Both the position numbers and the translations under genes were made by a program. Positions 12,615-27,411 of a DNA stretch of 64,000 nucleotides are shown piece by piece. Source of the stretch: Octopus sinensis (Eukaryota); assembly GCF_006345805.1 (NCBI RefSeq), contig NC_042999.1:122946001-123010000 (forward strand), in the 5' to 3' direction. The notes below the pieces were generated by a model, which was not told the DNA's origin, ran no database searches, and saw only the letters and a program-made list of their open reading frames with translations. Position 1 is the first letter of the stretch. Each line of letters starts with the position of its first letter.

Positions 12615-15600
12615 TTAAAGTTTTATAGCTTTCACCCATTCAGTATATTAAGAGATATGTAGGCTGAATAAAAGGTGAATATTCTTACTCCCCACTGATT
12701 AAGAATCAGTCATCATACTCAGTTTAAAGGCTTGATACTAGTTTAACAGAACTGAATTATTTCGTATCTAGATTTTGTTTTGTTCTTATCACAATGAATT
12801 TAGCTATAAAGTAGTGAGTGGTATCATCTAAATTGCGAAATTGTAATTTCCATCATTAGCAATGCATAATTCACTCATTGTCTTTCTGAAAAAGAACTAC
12901 ACAGAAGTTAGGTTTTCAATTTGACCAGAAATTCTCTTCATAGAATTTGAAGAAGTATATATGTATGTATAGGTGATGTTGTTGGAAGTTGTACGAATGT
13001 AAGTAATATATATATTGAAGGCAATAAGTTATCATGCTTCATGGCTTAAATTCTTTTGGGATCAATAAAATAATACTAGTACATAAAAATGTTAAACTGA
13101 AAGTAACCTTGTAATTAAGAATGGAGAAAATATTGTTGGCATTAATAGTATCTATTCATACTTTTTTTTATGATTCTGTTGTATTGCTTCTCTTTGCTCT
13201 GGGCTCTCCATTCTATTAGATTAAACATTTGTCTGATACTTTGCATTTTGGGCAAGTTTCATTGTTAACAACTTTCACAGATACCTAATATCATTTTCTT
13301 AGTTAGCTTTGATTGAAAGCTTGGTGTAACACTTAAGGGAAATTTTCTTATGGCATCAAATATTTTAACTATTATAGATTGAGACTAATGAATCTAGCAA
13401 AAGGTAAAAAAACAAAAAAACAAAAAGCATCTGCTTAGGTGATATTCTTCTGTTCCTTTTAGAAATGCTCCTATTCCACTCAAACTTCAGTTCAGTGATT
13501 CATTTTCTTAGAGATAGTAACATTTATTTCCATATGACTACCTCTCTTCTTTTTTCCTTAGATTTTTCTTTTTCTTTTTTTTTCTCTCTTTGGCAAGTTA
13601 CATTTTAAGATTTTACTTCTTTATCATATTGGTATTTTCCCTTCAAATATTTCTACACAAATAACATTCCGAACTAATTTATTTCTTAGTCCTTCTATAC
13701 TTTCTCCATTCTTCAAGTTTATTTTGCACAACTTCAACACACTATGCAGATCATTTCTGTATGGCCTGTAGCAATACGACTAATAATATACCTTTCTTTT
13801 TAAATTCAAGAACTGTTAACAAGGGTTTGTTGATATGCTGTATCTTAGGAAAATATTTTTTAAGGATAAATCTATTTTATTTATTAGTACTTTATGCAAA
13901 ATTTTGCTTTAAAGAAGATGAATTATTTCATACTGCACACTTACACACACACTCACTAACAAAATTGAGGTAAATTGTATTTTGATTATAAAATGTAGAT
14001 TTGTAATGAGAGAACGTAATGAAATATAAATGTTAATGTACAGTTATGTAAATATGATTTGGCTATTAAACTGAATGATGAAAAAGATTATCTTTGCAAA
14101 TTGTCTTATGTTCCATATGATCTGATATTTTGGTCCCTAACTAGTTTCTCAGTTTGAAAACTTATTTATGGATTATATTTGGGCCTTGGAAATGGTCAGT
14201 GATTGTCCAAGACCTAAGTATGTCTTTAAGCTCTAAAATGAATCTTGTTTCTTTTTTGTGGCTTTAGCAGTAAAAGGTAGAACTTTCTAAGAATAATCAT
14301 TAGAAAATTGTGCTATGCATTCAACTTGTATAGAAAATGTGATTTTTATTAATGTGTTTATGTAAAGGAATTCATAGCACAATTCTGTCTTTGAAATTTA
14401 ATATTTTCCCAAACTAGTGAAGACTATGTAGGCTCTTTGGAATGAACAAATATAAGTCATTAACTCTTGTTATTAGGATCTTAAAGAAAGGCATGTGAAT
14501 TTTGGAATGATAGTGATTGGAAAGTTCTTGATGTACTTAAGAAGAAGATAAATTGATATTGAAGCTCAGATAGTGTAACTATGTGGAAGCTGCTAGCTCA
14601 ATTAATTAGATAAGAATAAATCCTTAGGCAGAATTTCATTAAGAAAAATGTTATGCTATACATTATAGGCAGCTTCAGTACGAGATGTCATTAGAAAGTA
14701 AGGTTCATGTCTTTTTGGATCTGATGTAAGTAATTAGTGAAAATAGAGATTCAAAATATCAGGGCTGGTTGTCATAATGGCTCAGATATCTTGGTCATGT
14801 TAAAAATAAAAATTAAACAGTCATTAAATGAATTAAAAGAACTTGCTTTTTAATGAGATGGGATATAAAGTTAAGCAATTTTCTATTTTAGGTTTTCTCT
14901 TCAGGGAAGTAGAAATTAAATAAAATGTTGAATACATGAGATTGCTGTGTGACAGTGTTAGAATGTCAATTCTTCTTATAGAACAGTTTGTGATTGATGT
15001 AGATGATATATTAGTGAATGCAGATTTGTATATATTAAGAATGGAATAAAGGCATATGTGTTTGCTATTGGCAACATTGGGTAGGTGTGTTATTCAACTT
15101 TGTTATTACAGAAGAGTAGTGAATGAAGTCCCATATTTCTTCAACTTGAAGACTCTGTTTATTTTCCGGTAATAAATCTCATAATTTGCTGTGTGTCAAA
15201 GGGGATGAAGATTACATTTTCCATATACCGATTTTAACCACAAAGGACTGTAATCTATTATAGAAAACTTACTGTGTCTCTGTACTGTTAGGACAAAAGG
15301 AAAAGATTTAGAGTATAAGTGATCAATAGGATCTATATTGGTAAGCCACTAACAAAACATCTTAGCAAAGTTTGTGAATGTACTGAGACCTTATTCACAT
15401 GTCTATACTTCTTTCCAAATGTTCAAATCAGGACTGGGGTGCATCTTCGAGATCAGAACATCTTCAATGCTGGAAAATATGGTAATTTGCCAAAATGGCA
15501 AAGATTCACATTGTAAATGAGTAAATGGCTGTATTTTCAAGATAGTCTTTTTTGCCCTTTCCATCATTTCAAAACTAAGATCTGTTATAAATGTCTTGAT

Positions 15601-15737
15601 TTCAGTATCAACAGTGCTACCCAAATTACTGCTTAGTATATCTTACCTGAGACTCATTTAAACCTAATGCAAAACAAATTATTAAGAGCTTCCTGCTATA
15701 TTATGTTTACACAGTTTACTTTATTTTCTTGTGTATT

Positions 15738-15956
15738 TCATCATCATCATCATCATCGTTTAACGTCCGCTTTCCATGCTAGCATGGGTTGGACGGTTCA
15801 ACTGGGGTCTGGGGAGCCCGAAAGCTGCACCAGGCCAGTCAGATATGGCAGTGTTTCTACAGCTGGATGCCCTTCCTAACGCCAACCACTCCGAGAGTGT
15901 AGTGGGTGATTTTATGTGCCACCGACACAGGTGCCAGACGAGGCTGGCGAACGGCA
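15738..15956 (-). mobile_element. 5'-truncated SINE with (GAT)n tail
   Basis: Reverse complement ends CCAACCCATGCTAGCATGGAAAGCGGACGTTAAACGATGATGATG; same family as 40223-40605 and 49849-50309. Confidence 0.9.
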
Positions 15957-16121
15957 TGAATAAAATATATGTTTACTCCAAATTATTTTGAATAACTGAA
16001 GTCGAAATAGATAAACCAACAAATTGTGTCATGTAGAATATTGTGTTAAACAATCTGACTAATATGGAAAAGTTTGAAGGCTATTCATATACATAATTTT
16101 ATATATATGTATGTATGTATG

Positions 16122-16176
<55 letters not shown>

Positions 16177-16206
16177 AGATAGATAGATACCTATATGTAT
16201 ATGCTT

Positions 16207-16346
16207 TTCTACTCTAGACACAAGGCTCAAACTTTTCTGTGGTTTGGGGGGGGGGCATTCAATTAGATTGACCACATTATGAAACTGGTACCAAATTTAT
16301 CAAGTCTGACAGGATTAAAGGCAAAGTTGACCTGTGCGGAATTTGA
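16207..16346 (-). mobile_element. Partial decayed tRNA-SINE (Meta-domain-like family)
   Basis: Reverse complement shows GGTCAACTTTGCCTTTAATCC...GATAAATTTGGTACCAG and GCCTTGTGTCTAGAGTAGAA tail. Confidence 0.65.
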
Positions 16347-16500
16347 GAATCTATATGTATGTTATAAGATGGGTTCTCTTGTCATGGATGACAAATGAGA
16401 TTTCAGTAAAGTAAAGCATTGATCATGTTCTATAGAGACGAAAGTATGTTTTGAAGCCTGCTTGAGCATTGCAAACCTTTTGGCAAATGGAAAAGGTTTT

Positions 16501-16606
16501 GTTCAGAACCCCAGCGATGTTGCATGCCTGCAGCAGGAGTTGGACTCAATTTACAGATGGGCTGAGGATAATAATATGTAGTTTCATGCTGAAAAATTTC
16601 AAGCAC
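16501..16606 (+). pseudogene. Small CR1 reverse-transcriptase fragment
   Basis: Translates QNPSDVACLQQELDSIYRWAEDNNM*FHAEKFQA, matching QNPEDTKHLQCELDEIYKWAEKNSMQFNAGKFQA in the 32.8-36.7 kb copy. Confidence 0.8.
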
Positions 16607-16899
16607 ACGCATACAAATGAACACACATACATACATAAATACATATGCATACACAAACACATGCATACCTACATGAATAAATGTATAGGAACACAAACAG
16701 ACACTGACACACTTCCATGTGCACAAACAAAAAGAATGAACGCAGTGTATATAACTGACAGTGTCAAGACTAATGAAAAGGCTGCAAGTAGCAATGAAAA
16801 TTTTAGGAAAATAAAAATAACAAATAAGTGGAAATTTTATCGCTGAGTGCGTTATTTTATAAGGCACATAGAGAAAATGATTCTCACCAGACAAAACAG

Positions 16900-17017
16900 T
16901 ATATATAGATTATATATATGTATATATATATATCTATATATGTATATGTATATATGTAATGTATGTATGTGGATATGTATATATGTATATAATATATATG
17001 TATATATATATATAATG

Positions 17018-17049
<32 letters not shown>

Positions 17050-17233
17050 TGTATATGTATATATATGTATATATATATATATATATCTATATGTATGATT
17101 ATGTATATATATATGTATTATATATATATGTATAATATATGTATATAATATGTTATATATATATATGATATATATGTAATAATATATATGTATATATATA
17201 TATGTATATTATATATATGTATATATATATATG

Positions 17234-17265
<32 letters not shown>

Positions 17266-18192
17266 TATAGGTATATATATATGTATATTATATATATATG
17301 TATATATATATGTATATGTATATATGATATGTATAATATATGTATATATATATATATGTATGTATATATATATAGTATATATATATATAGATATGTATAT
17401 ATATGTATATATATATGTTATATATAGTATATGTATAATATATGTATATGTATATATATATGTATTATATATATTATGTATGTATATATATATGTATTAT
17501 ATATATATGTATATCTATATATATATGTGTAATATATATATATGTGTGTATATATTATATATGTGTATATAATATTATATGTGATATATATATTGTGTAT
17601 AATATATATAGTTGTATATATATATATGGTGGTAATATATATATATGTGTTATATATATATAATGTATTATATATATAATATCTAATATATGTGATATAT
17701 ATATATATGTGTATATATATATATGTGTATTATATATATATATGGTATATATATATATATATATGTGTATATATATATGTGTATATATATATCTGTGTAT
17801 TGTAGATATTATATATGTGTATATATATATATATTGGGATATATATATGTGTATATATATATATATGTGTATATATATATATGTGTATATATATATATGT
17901 GTATATATATATATGTGTATATATATAGTGTATATAATATATATGTATATTATATATATGTATATATATATATATATGTATATATATATAGTATAGTATT
18001 TATTTATATGTTATATATATATAATATGTATGTAATATGTATAATATATATATATGTAGTATATATGTATATATATATATATATGTATGTATATATGTAT
18101 ATATATGTATATATGTATGTATATTGTATATATATCTATATAAGGATATTATATATGTATATATATGTATATATATAGATGTATATATATAT
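16900..18192. repeat. Degenerate (TA)n/(TATG)n array
   Basis: Seen directly. Confidence 0.97.
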
Positions 18193-18606
18193 ACGAGAAA
18201 GAAGCAACAAGAATGGATTTTTTTAGTACAATTGTTTCATACAAAGACAGGCTTTATTACAAGTTGCAAAAATTGCAGCAGATAAAAGTGTCCCGTATCA
18301 TCAGCTAAAATACATTTGAGTTCTCTAGACATCTTAGTGGGTGAGGTTATACTCATGAAATATTGGAGATAGTTCCATTAGAGGCAGATATAGGTTGTAA
18401 ACAGTTTTCCAAAGTTCCTTAATGATGATGCACAGTCTTATCATAGATTTTTAAAAGCTTATTAGTTTCGAAGAGAAGATGAATCAATCCATAGTGTAGA
18501 GTACGGGACACTTTTATCTGCTGCAATTTTTGCAACTTGTAATAAAGCCTGTCTTTGTATGAAACAATTGTACTAAAAACAATCCATTCTTGTGCTTCTT
18601 TCTCGT
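18193..18606. repeat. 105-bp inverted repeat with 204-bp spacer
   Basis: 18193-18297 is the reverse complement of 18502-18606 apart from two single-base indels. Confidence 0.92.
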
Positions 18607-18719
18607 TTATAATCACCCCACATTACTGTATGGATAACACCATATAGTTTTTCTGGTGCATCTAAGTAAGTACACATTCAAGTAAATTCATTGGAGGTTA
18701 CTTGAATCTTAATTGCTTT

Positions 18720-20927
18720 GTATTATATATATATGTATATATATATATATGGATATGTATATATATATGTATGTATATATAATGTATATGTATATATATA
18801 TATGTATATGTATATATATATATGTATGTATTATGTATATATATATATGTATATGTATATATATATATATGTATGTATATATGTATATATATATATGTAT
18901 ATGTATATATCTTATATATATGTATGTATATATGTAGTATATATATTGTATATATATATGTATGTATATATATAGTATAATATATATATATGTATGTATA
19001 TATATATATATGTATATTATATTATGATTGTATATATATGTATATGTATATATATGTATAAATGTATATATATGTATATGTATGTATATGTATATAAATG
19101 TATATATGTATATGTATATATATGTATATAAACCTTTCTAAGTTATATATGTATGTATATATATATATGTATGTATATATATATATATAATATAGATATA
19201 TATATATGTATATATATATGTATATATATATATGTATATGTATATATATATGTATAGTATATATATGTATATATATGTATATATATGTATATATATGTAT
19301 ATATATTTGTATATATATGTGATATATATATGTATATATGTATTATATATATATATGTATATACATGTATATATATATATGTATATATGTATATATAGTA
19401 TATATTATATATATGTATATATGTATATATATATGTATATATATATGTATATATATATGTATATATATATGTATATATATATGTCTAATATGATATATAT
19501 ATATGTATGTATATATATATGTCTATATATGTATATGTATATGTGTATATATATGTATATCTATATGTATATATATGTATGTATATGTGTATATATATGT
19601 ATATCTATATGTATATATATATGTATGTATATATATATATATGTATATATATATGTATATGTGTATATATGTATATCTATATGTATATATATAAGTATAT
19701 GTAGTATATAAGATATGTATTATATATATATGTATATCTATATGTTATATAATATGTATATGTATCTATTATGTATATATATATGTGTTAGTATCTCTAT
19801 ATGTATATATTATGTATATGTATATATATAAGTATATGTATATATATATGTATATCTATATGTATATATATGTATATGATCTATATATGTATGATATATA
19901 TATTTGTATATGTATATCTATATGTATATATATGTATATGTATCTATATATGTATATGTATCTATATATGTATATGTATCTATATATGTATATATATATA
20001 TATGTGTATATATGTGTATATATATATATGTGTGTATGTATATATGTATATATATATGCATGTGTATATATGTATATATATATGTATATATGTATATATA
20101 TGTATATATGTATGTATGTATATATGTACGTATGTATATATGTATGTATGTATATGTACGTATGTATATATGTATGTATGTATATATGTAAGTATGTGAT
20201 ATGTATGTATGTATATATGTATATATGTATCTATGTATGTATGTATATATGTATGTATATATATATGTCTATATATATGTATGTATATATATATGTATGT
20301 ATATATGTATGTATGTATATATATATGTATGTATATATATATGTATGTATATATATATGTATATATATATGTATATATATATGTATATGTATCTATATAT
20401 GTATATATATATATGTGTATATGTATATCTATATGTATATATATATGTATATGTATATATATATGTATATCTATATGTATATATATATGTATATGTATCT
20501 ATATATGTATATATATATATGTGTATATGTATATCTATATGTATATATATATGTATATGTATCTATATATGTATATGTATCTATATATGTATATGTATCT
20601 ATATATGTATATATATATATATATGTGTATATATATGTGTATATATATATATATGTGTATATGTATATATGTATATATATATGCATGTATATATATGTAT
20701 ATATGTATATATATATGTATATATGTATATATATGTATATATGTATGTATGTATATATGTATGTATGTATATATGTACGTATGTATATATGTATGTATGT
20801 ATATATGTACGTATGTATATATGTATGTATGTATATATGTATCTATGTATGTATGTATATATGTATGTATATATATATGTCTATATATATGTATGTATAT
20901 ATATATGTATGTATATATGTATGTATG

Positions 20928-20967
<40 letters not shown>

Positions 20968-21355
20968 TGTATATATATATGTATATATATACATGTATAT
21001 ATATATATATGGAATATATATAATATGTATATATATATATATATGTATATATATATGTATATATATATGTATATATTATGTATATATATATGTATATATA
21101 TGTATATATATATATGTATATATATATGTATATATATTGTAGATATATGTATATATGTATGTATATATATAATTGTATATATGTATGTAATATATATATG
21201 TATATATTGTATGATATATAATGTGTATATATGTATGTATATATATATGTATATATATATGTATATATATATGTATATATATGTGTTATGTATATATAAT
21301 ATGTATATATTGTGGTATATTATATATTGTATATGTATTATATGTATGTATATAT

Positions 21356-21387
<32 letters not shown>

Positions 21388-22385
21388 TGTATGTATGTAT
21401 ATATATATGTATGTATGTATATATATATGTATGTATGTATATATTATGTTATGCATGTATATATATATGTATGTATGTATGTATATATATGTATCATGTA
21501 TATTATGTCATGTATATATGTATATGTATGTATATATGTATGTATATATATATTATGTATGTATGTATATATATATGTATGTATATATGTATGTATATAT
21601 AATATGTATGTATGTATATATATGTATGTATATATGTATGTATATATATATGTATGTATGTATATATATATGTATGTATGTTTATATATATGTATGTATG
21701 TTATATATATATGTATGTATATATATATGTATGTATGTACATATATATGTTGTTTATGTATATATAGTATGTATGTATATATATATGTATGTATGTATAT
21801 CTATGTATGTATAATGTAGTATATATATAATGTATGTATGTATATATATGTATGTATATATGTATATATATGTATGTATATATTATATATATATGTATAT
21901 ATGTTTCTATATGTATGTATATATATATATGTATAGTATGTATTATCTATGTATATATATATGTATGTATTATATATGTATGTATATATATATAGTATAT
22001 ATATATGTATGTATATATATATATATATGTATGTATATATATATTAGTATGTATGTATATATATATATGTATATAATATGTATGTATGTATATATATATA
22101 TGTATATATACTATATGTATGTATGTATATATATATATGTATATATATAGTATGTCTATATATATATATGTATATATATATATGTATGTATGATATATAT
22201 ATGTATATATATGTATATATGTATGTATGTATATATGTATATATATATAGTATGTATATATATATGTATGTATATATGTATGTATATATATATATGTATG
22301 TATATAATATGTATATATATATGTATATATATATGTATGTATATATGTATGTATATATATATGTATATGTATGTATATATATATG

Positions 22386-22418
<33 letters not shown>

Positions 22419-23159
22419 GTATATATAATATATATATGTATGTATATATTATGTATATGTATATATATATGTTATATATATATGTATGTATGTATTATAT
22501 ATGTATATATATATATATATGTATGTATATTATATATGTATATATATATGTATATATATATATCTATGTATGTATATATATATGTATATATATATGTATA
22601 TATATATATATATGTATATATATATGTATGTATATATCTATGTATGTATATATATATGTATGTATATATATATGTATGTATATATATATATGTATGTATA
22701 TGTATAGTATGTATATGATATATGTATGTATATGTATTATGATGTATATGTATCATATATAGTATATATATATGTATGTATATGTATATATATATATATA
22801 TGTAATATATTGTAGATTATAATGTATATATATATATGTATACATATATATGTATATATATAGTACATATATATGTATATATATATGTATGTATATATGT
22901 ATGTATATATATATGTATGTATATATGTATGTATATATATATGTATGTATATATGTATGTATATATATATGTATATGTATATATATGTAGATATATGTAT
23001 ATATATGTATGTGTATATATGTATGTGTATATATGTATGTATATATATGTATATATATGTATGTATATATATGTATATATGTATGTATATATATGTATAT
23101 ATATGTATGTATATATGTATGTGTATATATGTATGTGTATATATGTATGTATATATATG

Positions 23160-23197
<38 letters not shown>

Positions 23198-23245
23198 TGT
23201 ATATATATGTATGTATATATGTATGTATATATGTATGTATATATG

Positions 23246-23280
<35 letters not shown>

Positions 23281-23383
23281 GTATATATATGTATGTATAT
23301 ATATGTATATATATGTATATATATGTATGTATATATGTATGTATATATGTATGTATGTATATATGTAGTTATATATATGTATG

Positions 23384-23444
<61 letters not shown>

Positions 23445-23758
23445 GTATATATATATGTATATATATGTATATATATATATGTATATATATGTATATATAT
23501 ATAGTATATATATATGTATATATATATATATGTGTGTATATTATATATGTGTATATATATATATGTGTTATATATATATGTGTATATATATATATAGTGT
23601 AATATATATATGTGTGTATATATATATATGTGTATATATTATATGTGTATATATATATATGTATATTATATATGTATATATATATATGTATAATATATAT
23701 GTATATTATATATATATGTATATTATATATTGTATATATATATGTATATATATATATG

Positions 23759-23795
<37 letters not shown>

Positions 23796-23843
23796 GTATA
23801 TATATATATGTAATATATATGTATATATATATATATGTATATA
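18720..23843. repeat. About 5.1-kb (TA)n/(TATG)n array
   Basis: Seen directly; almost no C on the + strand. Confidence 0.97.
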
Positions 23844-24020
23844 TAATAATAAATATTAGGGAATAAATCCAAATTTACAGGGAAAAAAATCAGATTTAGG
23901 ATTAAATCGATTTTATAGTAAAATATTATAATATTATTCGAGACAAAACCACTATTTTGCAAAACAACAAGGAAAGACTTAATCAATACATAAAATTTTA
24001 ATAAATAGTCAAAAAAACCG

Positions 24021-24063
24021 CCACTACAATCGTTTCTGGTCTTGATCGACAATCTTCAGGTGG
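24021..24063 (-). ncRNA. Minimal type I hammerhead ribozyme motif (left arm)
   Basis: Exact reverse complement of 24110-24152. Confidence 0.62.
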
Positions 24064-24109
24064 ACTTCCAATAATTCAGTGTCAAATTTGACACTGAATT
24101 ATTGGAAGT

Positions 24110-24152
24110 CCACCTGAAGATTGTCGATCAAGACCAGAAACGATTGTAGTGG
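24110..24152 (+). ncRNA. Minimal type I hammerhead ribozyme motif (right arm)
   Basis: CCAC-CTGAAGA-TTGTC(GATCAA)GACCA-GAAA-C-GATT-GTA-GTGG. Stem I CCAC/GTGG, core CUGAAGA, stem II with one mismatch, GAAA, near-palindromic stem III ACGATTGT, GUA triplet. Confidence 0.62.
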
Positions 24153-24243
24153 CGGTTTTTTGACTATTTATTAAAATTTTATGTATTGATTAAGTCTTTC
24201 CTTGTTTGTTTTGCAAAATAGTGGTTTTGTCTCGAATAATATT

Positions 24244-25472
24244 TTTATTATATATATATATCATATATATTTATATGGTATATATATATATGTATATATA
24301 TATGTAGTATATATATGTGTATATATAGATATGTATATATATATATATGTATATATATATATGTATATTATATATGTATATATATATATGTATAGTTATA
24401 ATATGTATATATATATATGGTATATGTGTATATATATGTATATATATATGTGTATATGTATATATATATGTATATATATATGTGTATATGTATATATATA
24501 TGTATATATATATGTGTATGTAATATATATGTTATATCTATGTGTATGTATATATATATGTATTATAATATATGGTATGTATATATATATGTATATATGT
24601 ATATATATGATAATAATATGTATGTATGTATATATGTATATATATATGTATGTTATATATATATGTATATATATATATATGTATATATATAGTATGTATA
24701 TATATATGTATATATATATGTATGTCTATATATATGTATATATATATGTATGATATATATGTAGTTATGATATATGTATATGTTACTATGTATATAGATA
24801 TGTATGTATATATATGTACTATACATATGTATGTATATTGTATGTTATATATATGTATGTATATATATGTATGTTATATATGTATGTATAATATATTTAT
24901 GTATATATGTATATATAATGTATGTATATATATATGTATGTATATATATATGTATGTATATATATATGTATGTATATATATATGTATGTATGTATATATG
25001 TATGTATATATATATGTATGTATATATATATGTATGTATATATATATGTATGTATATATATATGTATGTATGTATGTATATATATAATATATATGTATGT
25101 ATGTATATATATATATATGTATGTATGTATATATATATATATATGTATGTATGTATATATATATATATATGTATGTATATATATTTGTATATATATATGT
25201 ATGTATATATATTTGTATATATATATGTATGTATATATGTATGTATTTATATATGTATGTATATATGTATGTATATATATATATGTATATATGTATGTAT
25301 ATATATATGTATATATATATGTATATAATTGTATATATGTATGTATATATATATGTATATAATTGTATATATATATGTATGTATATATGTATGTTTATAT
25401 GTATGTATATATATATGTATATATGTATATATATATGTATGTATATATGTAACGTATATATGTATATATATA
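24244..25472. repeat. (TA)n/(TATG)n array
   Basis: Seen directly. Confidence 0.96.
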
Positions 25473-25856
25473 TCTCTCTCTCTATATATAAACGGCAGTT
25501 TGTCTGTGCGTGTTTCTGTGTGTCTGTCAGGTTGTACCCTCACCCTGACCACGGCTTTCAACCGATTCTGATGAAACTTGACACACACATAGCCCAATGT
25601 CATAATTCAAAACTAACGCAGCGAAAATTTTGAAAAGTTCCCCCAGTTCTGAAAAAAATCGATAAATTCGACATGGGGTCGACAATGAGAAACACAAACC
25701 ACAAACTGTCTAGGGAAGCAACTCCACCTTTTTTAATCTCAAAAAAAATTACCATCATTTTTTTCATTTTTTTGCTATTTTTTGGCTATAACTCTCTAAA
25801 AATGCTTTATAGTTATTTCCCTTACAAACCTGAGCAACGCCGGGCGATACTGCTAG
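25473..25856 (+). mobile_element. Non-autonomous Helitron
   Basis: Inserted between A(25472) and T(25857). Starts TC, ends CTAG, with subterminal hairpin CCTGAGCAACGCCGGG (25829-25844). 5' part has the ctatatataaa...tgtctg...accgattctgatgaaactt pattern typical of such elements. Confidence 0.82.
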
Positions 25857-26009
25857 TGTATGTATATATGTATGTATATATGTATATATATATGTATGTA
25901 TATATGTATGTATATATGTATATATATATGTATATATGTATATATGTATGTAAATATGTATATATATATGTATATATGTATATATATGTATATATGTATA
26001 TATATATAT

Positions 26010-27411
26010 GTCATGGAACGAATAGTCCGTAAGAAACTAATCATGTTCCTTGAAGAAAATGACTTACTGTCTGACACCCAGCATGGATTTCGACCAGGTA
26101 GAGGCTGCCTAACACAGCTCCTGCAACACTATGACTAGGTGTTGAAACAGCTACTAAATGGCTCAAATGTGGATGTAATATGATAAAGTCGACCATGGTA
26201 TGATCTGTCACAAACTGCATGGTCTTGGCATAGGCGGGAAACTTGGAGAGTGGCTGCACAACTTCCTAAAAGACAGAAAACAGGCAGTTGTGAGCAATGG
26301 AGCCACCTCAAGGAAACGCAAATACAAGCGGTGTCCCACAGGGCACTGTCTTGGGGCCACTGATGTTCATAGTGGCCCTTTCAGACATGCCTTCAGTTGC
26401 TACGATGACCACCCTTGCTAGCTATGCAGATGACAAAAGTCTCCCACGCAATACAAAACCCTGAAAATATTGCGCATCTGCAACATGAGCTGGACACAAT
26501 ATACAGGTGGCTGAGGACAACAACATGCAGTTTAATGCAGGTAAGTTCCAGGCCCTGCGATACTGGCACACAAAGGTAAATGACGTGAAGACTGGATACA
26601 CTGGCCCAGGAAAATTGCAATCCCTGAGTCAAAATCAGTGCGTGACCTGGGCATTGACATGAGCAATGATGCATCTTTCCAAATGCATATTGCTAATCTG
26701 GTGATAAAATGCAGACGGCTAGCTGGATGGATTCTCCGAACTTTCAGAACAAGAGAGAAGGGACACTGATGGTCCTATGGAAAACATTCGTCCTTAGCCG
26801 CTTGGACTACTGCTCCCAACTTTGGTCACCACACAATATAAAACGAACAGCAGAACTCGAAGCAACTCAGAGAAGCTACACAAAGAAAATCGTCTCAATG
26901 CAAAATGTCAGCTACTGGGAAAGACTGAAGGTATTAAACCTCTTCTCCCTGGAGCGGAGGCGGGAGAGATATGCAGGATATACATCTGGAAAATCCTGAG
27001 GGTCTTGTCCCAAACTTTGGCATTCAAAGTTACTACTCCAACCGCAGAACGGGCGACCGCTGCGTGGTGCCAAGGATTCCAACATCACCATCAAAATACA
27101 GGTCCAGATACTGCAACAGCTTGGGTTTCAGAGGACCACAGCTCTTTAACATCCTCCCTAAATGCCTGAGAGACTTACATGGTGTGGATGTGGGTTTCTT
27201 TAAAACTAAACTGGATCTCTTCTTGTTGGGGAGTCCCAGATGAACCTACCTCACGACAGGAGACACGGATGCGGGCAGCAGCATTGAACCCCTGTTTGAT
27301 CAAGTGCCACGTATCAGAGGTGGATTCACAAACTAGTGTAGCTCATTCAGCGGTGGTGCCCCAGCATGGCCGCGGCCTTCGGGCTAAAACATTTTTAAGG
27401 ATTTAAGGATT
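26010..27411 (+). mobile_element. CR1-clade LINE family 1, 5'-truncated (RT C-half plus 3' UTR)
   Basis: [12 protein letters not shown] (26423), LDYCSQLWSP, SYWERLKVLNLFSLERRRERY. Frameshifts and stops present. Ends in a stem-loop and TTTAAGGA repeats. Confidence 0.93.

Larger units (their letters stand above)
23930..24243. repeat. 314-bp zero-spacer palindrome made of a PLE-like terminal sequence
   Basis: Centre gtcaaa|tttgac between 24086 and 24087. The arms match apart from two homopolymer-length indels. The minus-strand copy continues to about 23844. Confidence 0.95.

Noticed and set aside
15403-15663. Minus-strand ORF and 17-nt LNESQ microexon candidate
   Set aside because: No recognisable homology, and it conflicts with the + strand skew; such splice-like strings are frequent by chance.
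25568-25580. CTGATGA followed by AAC inside the Helitron
   Set aside because: No stem II between the core and GAAA; part of a typical Helitron 5' motif.
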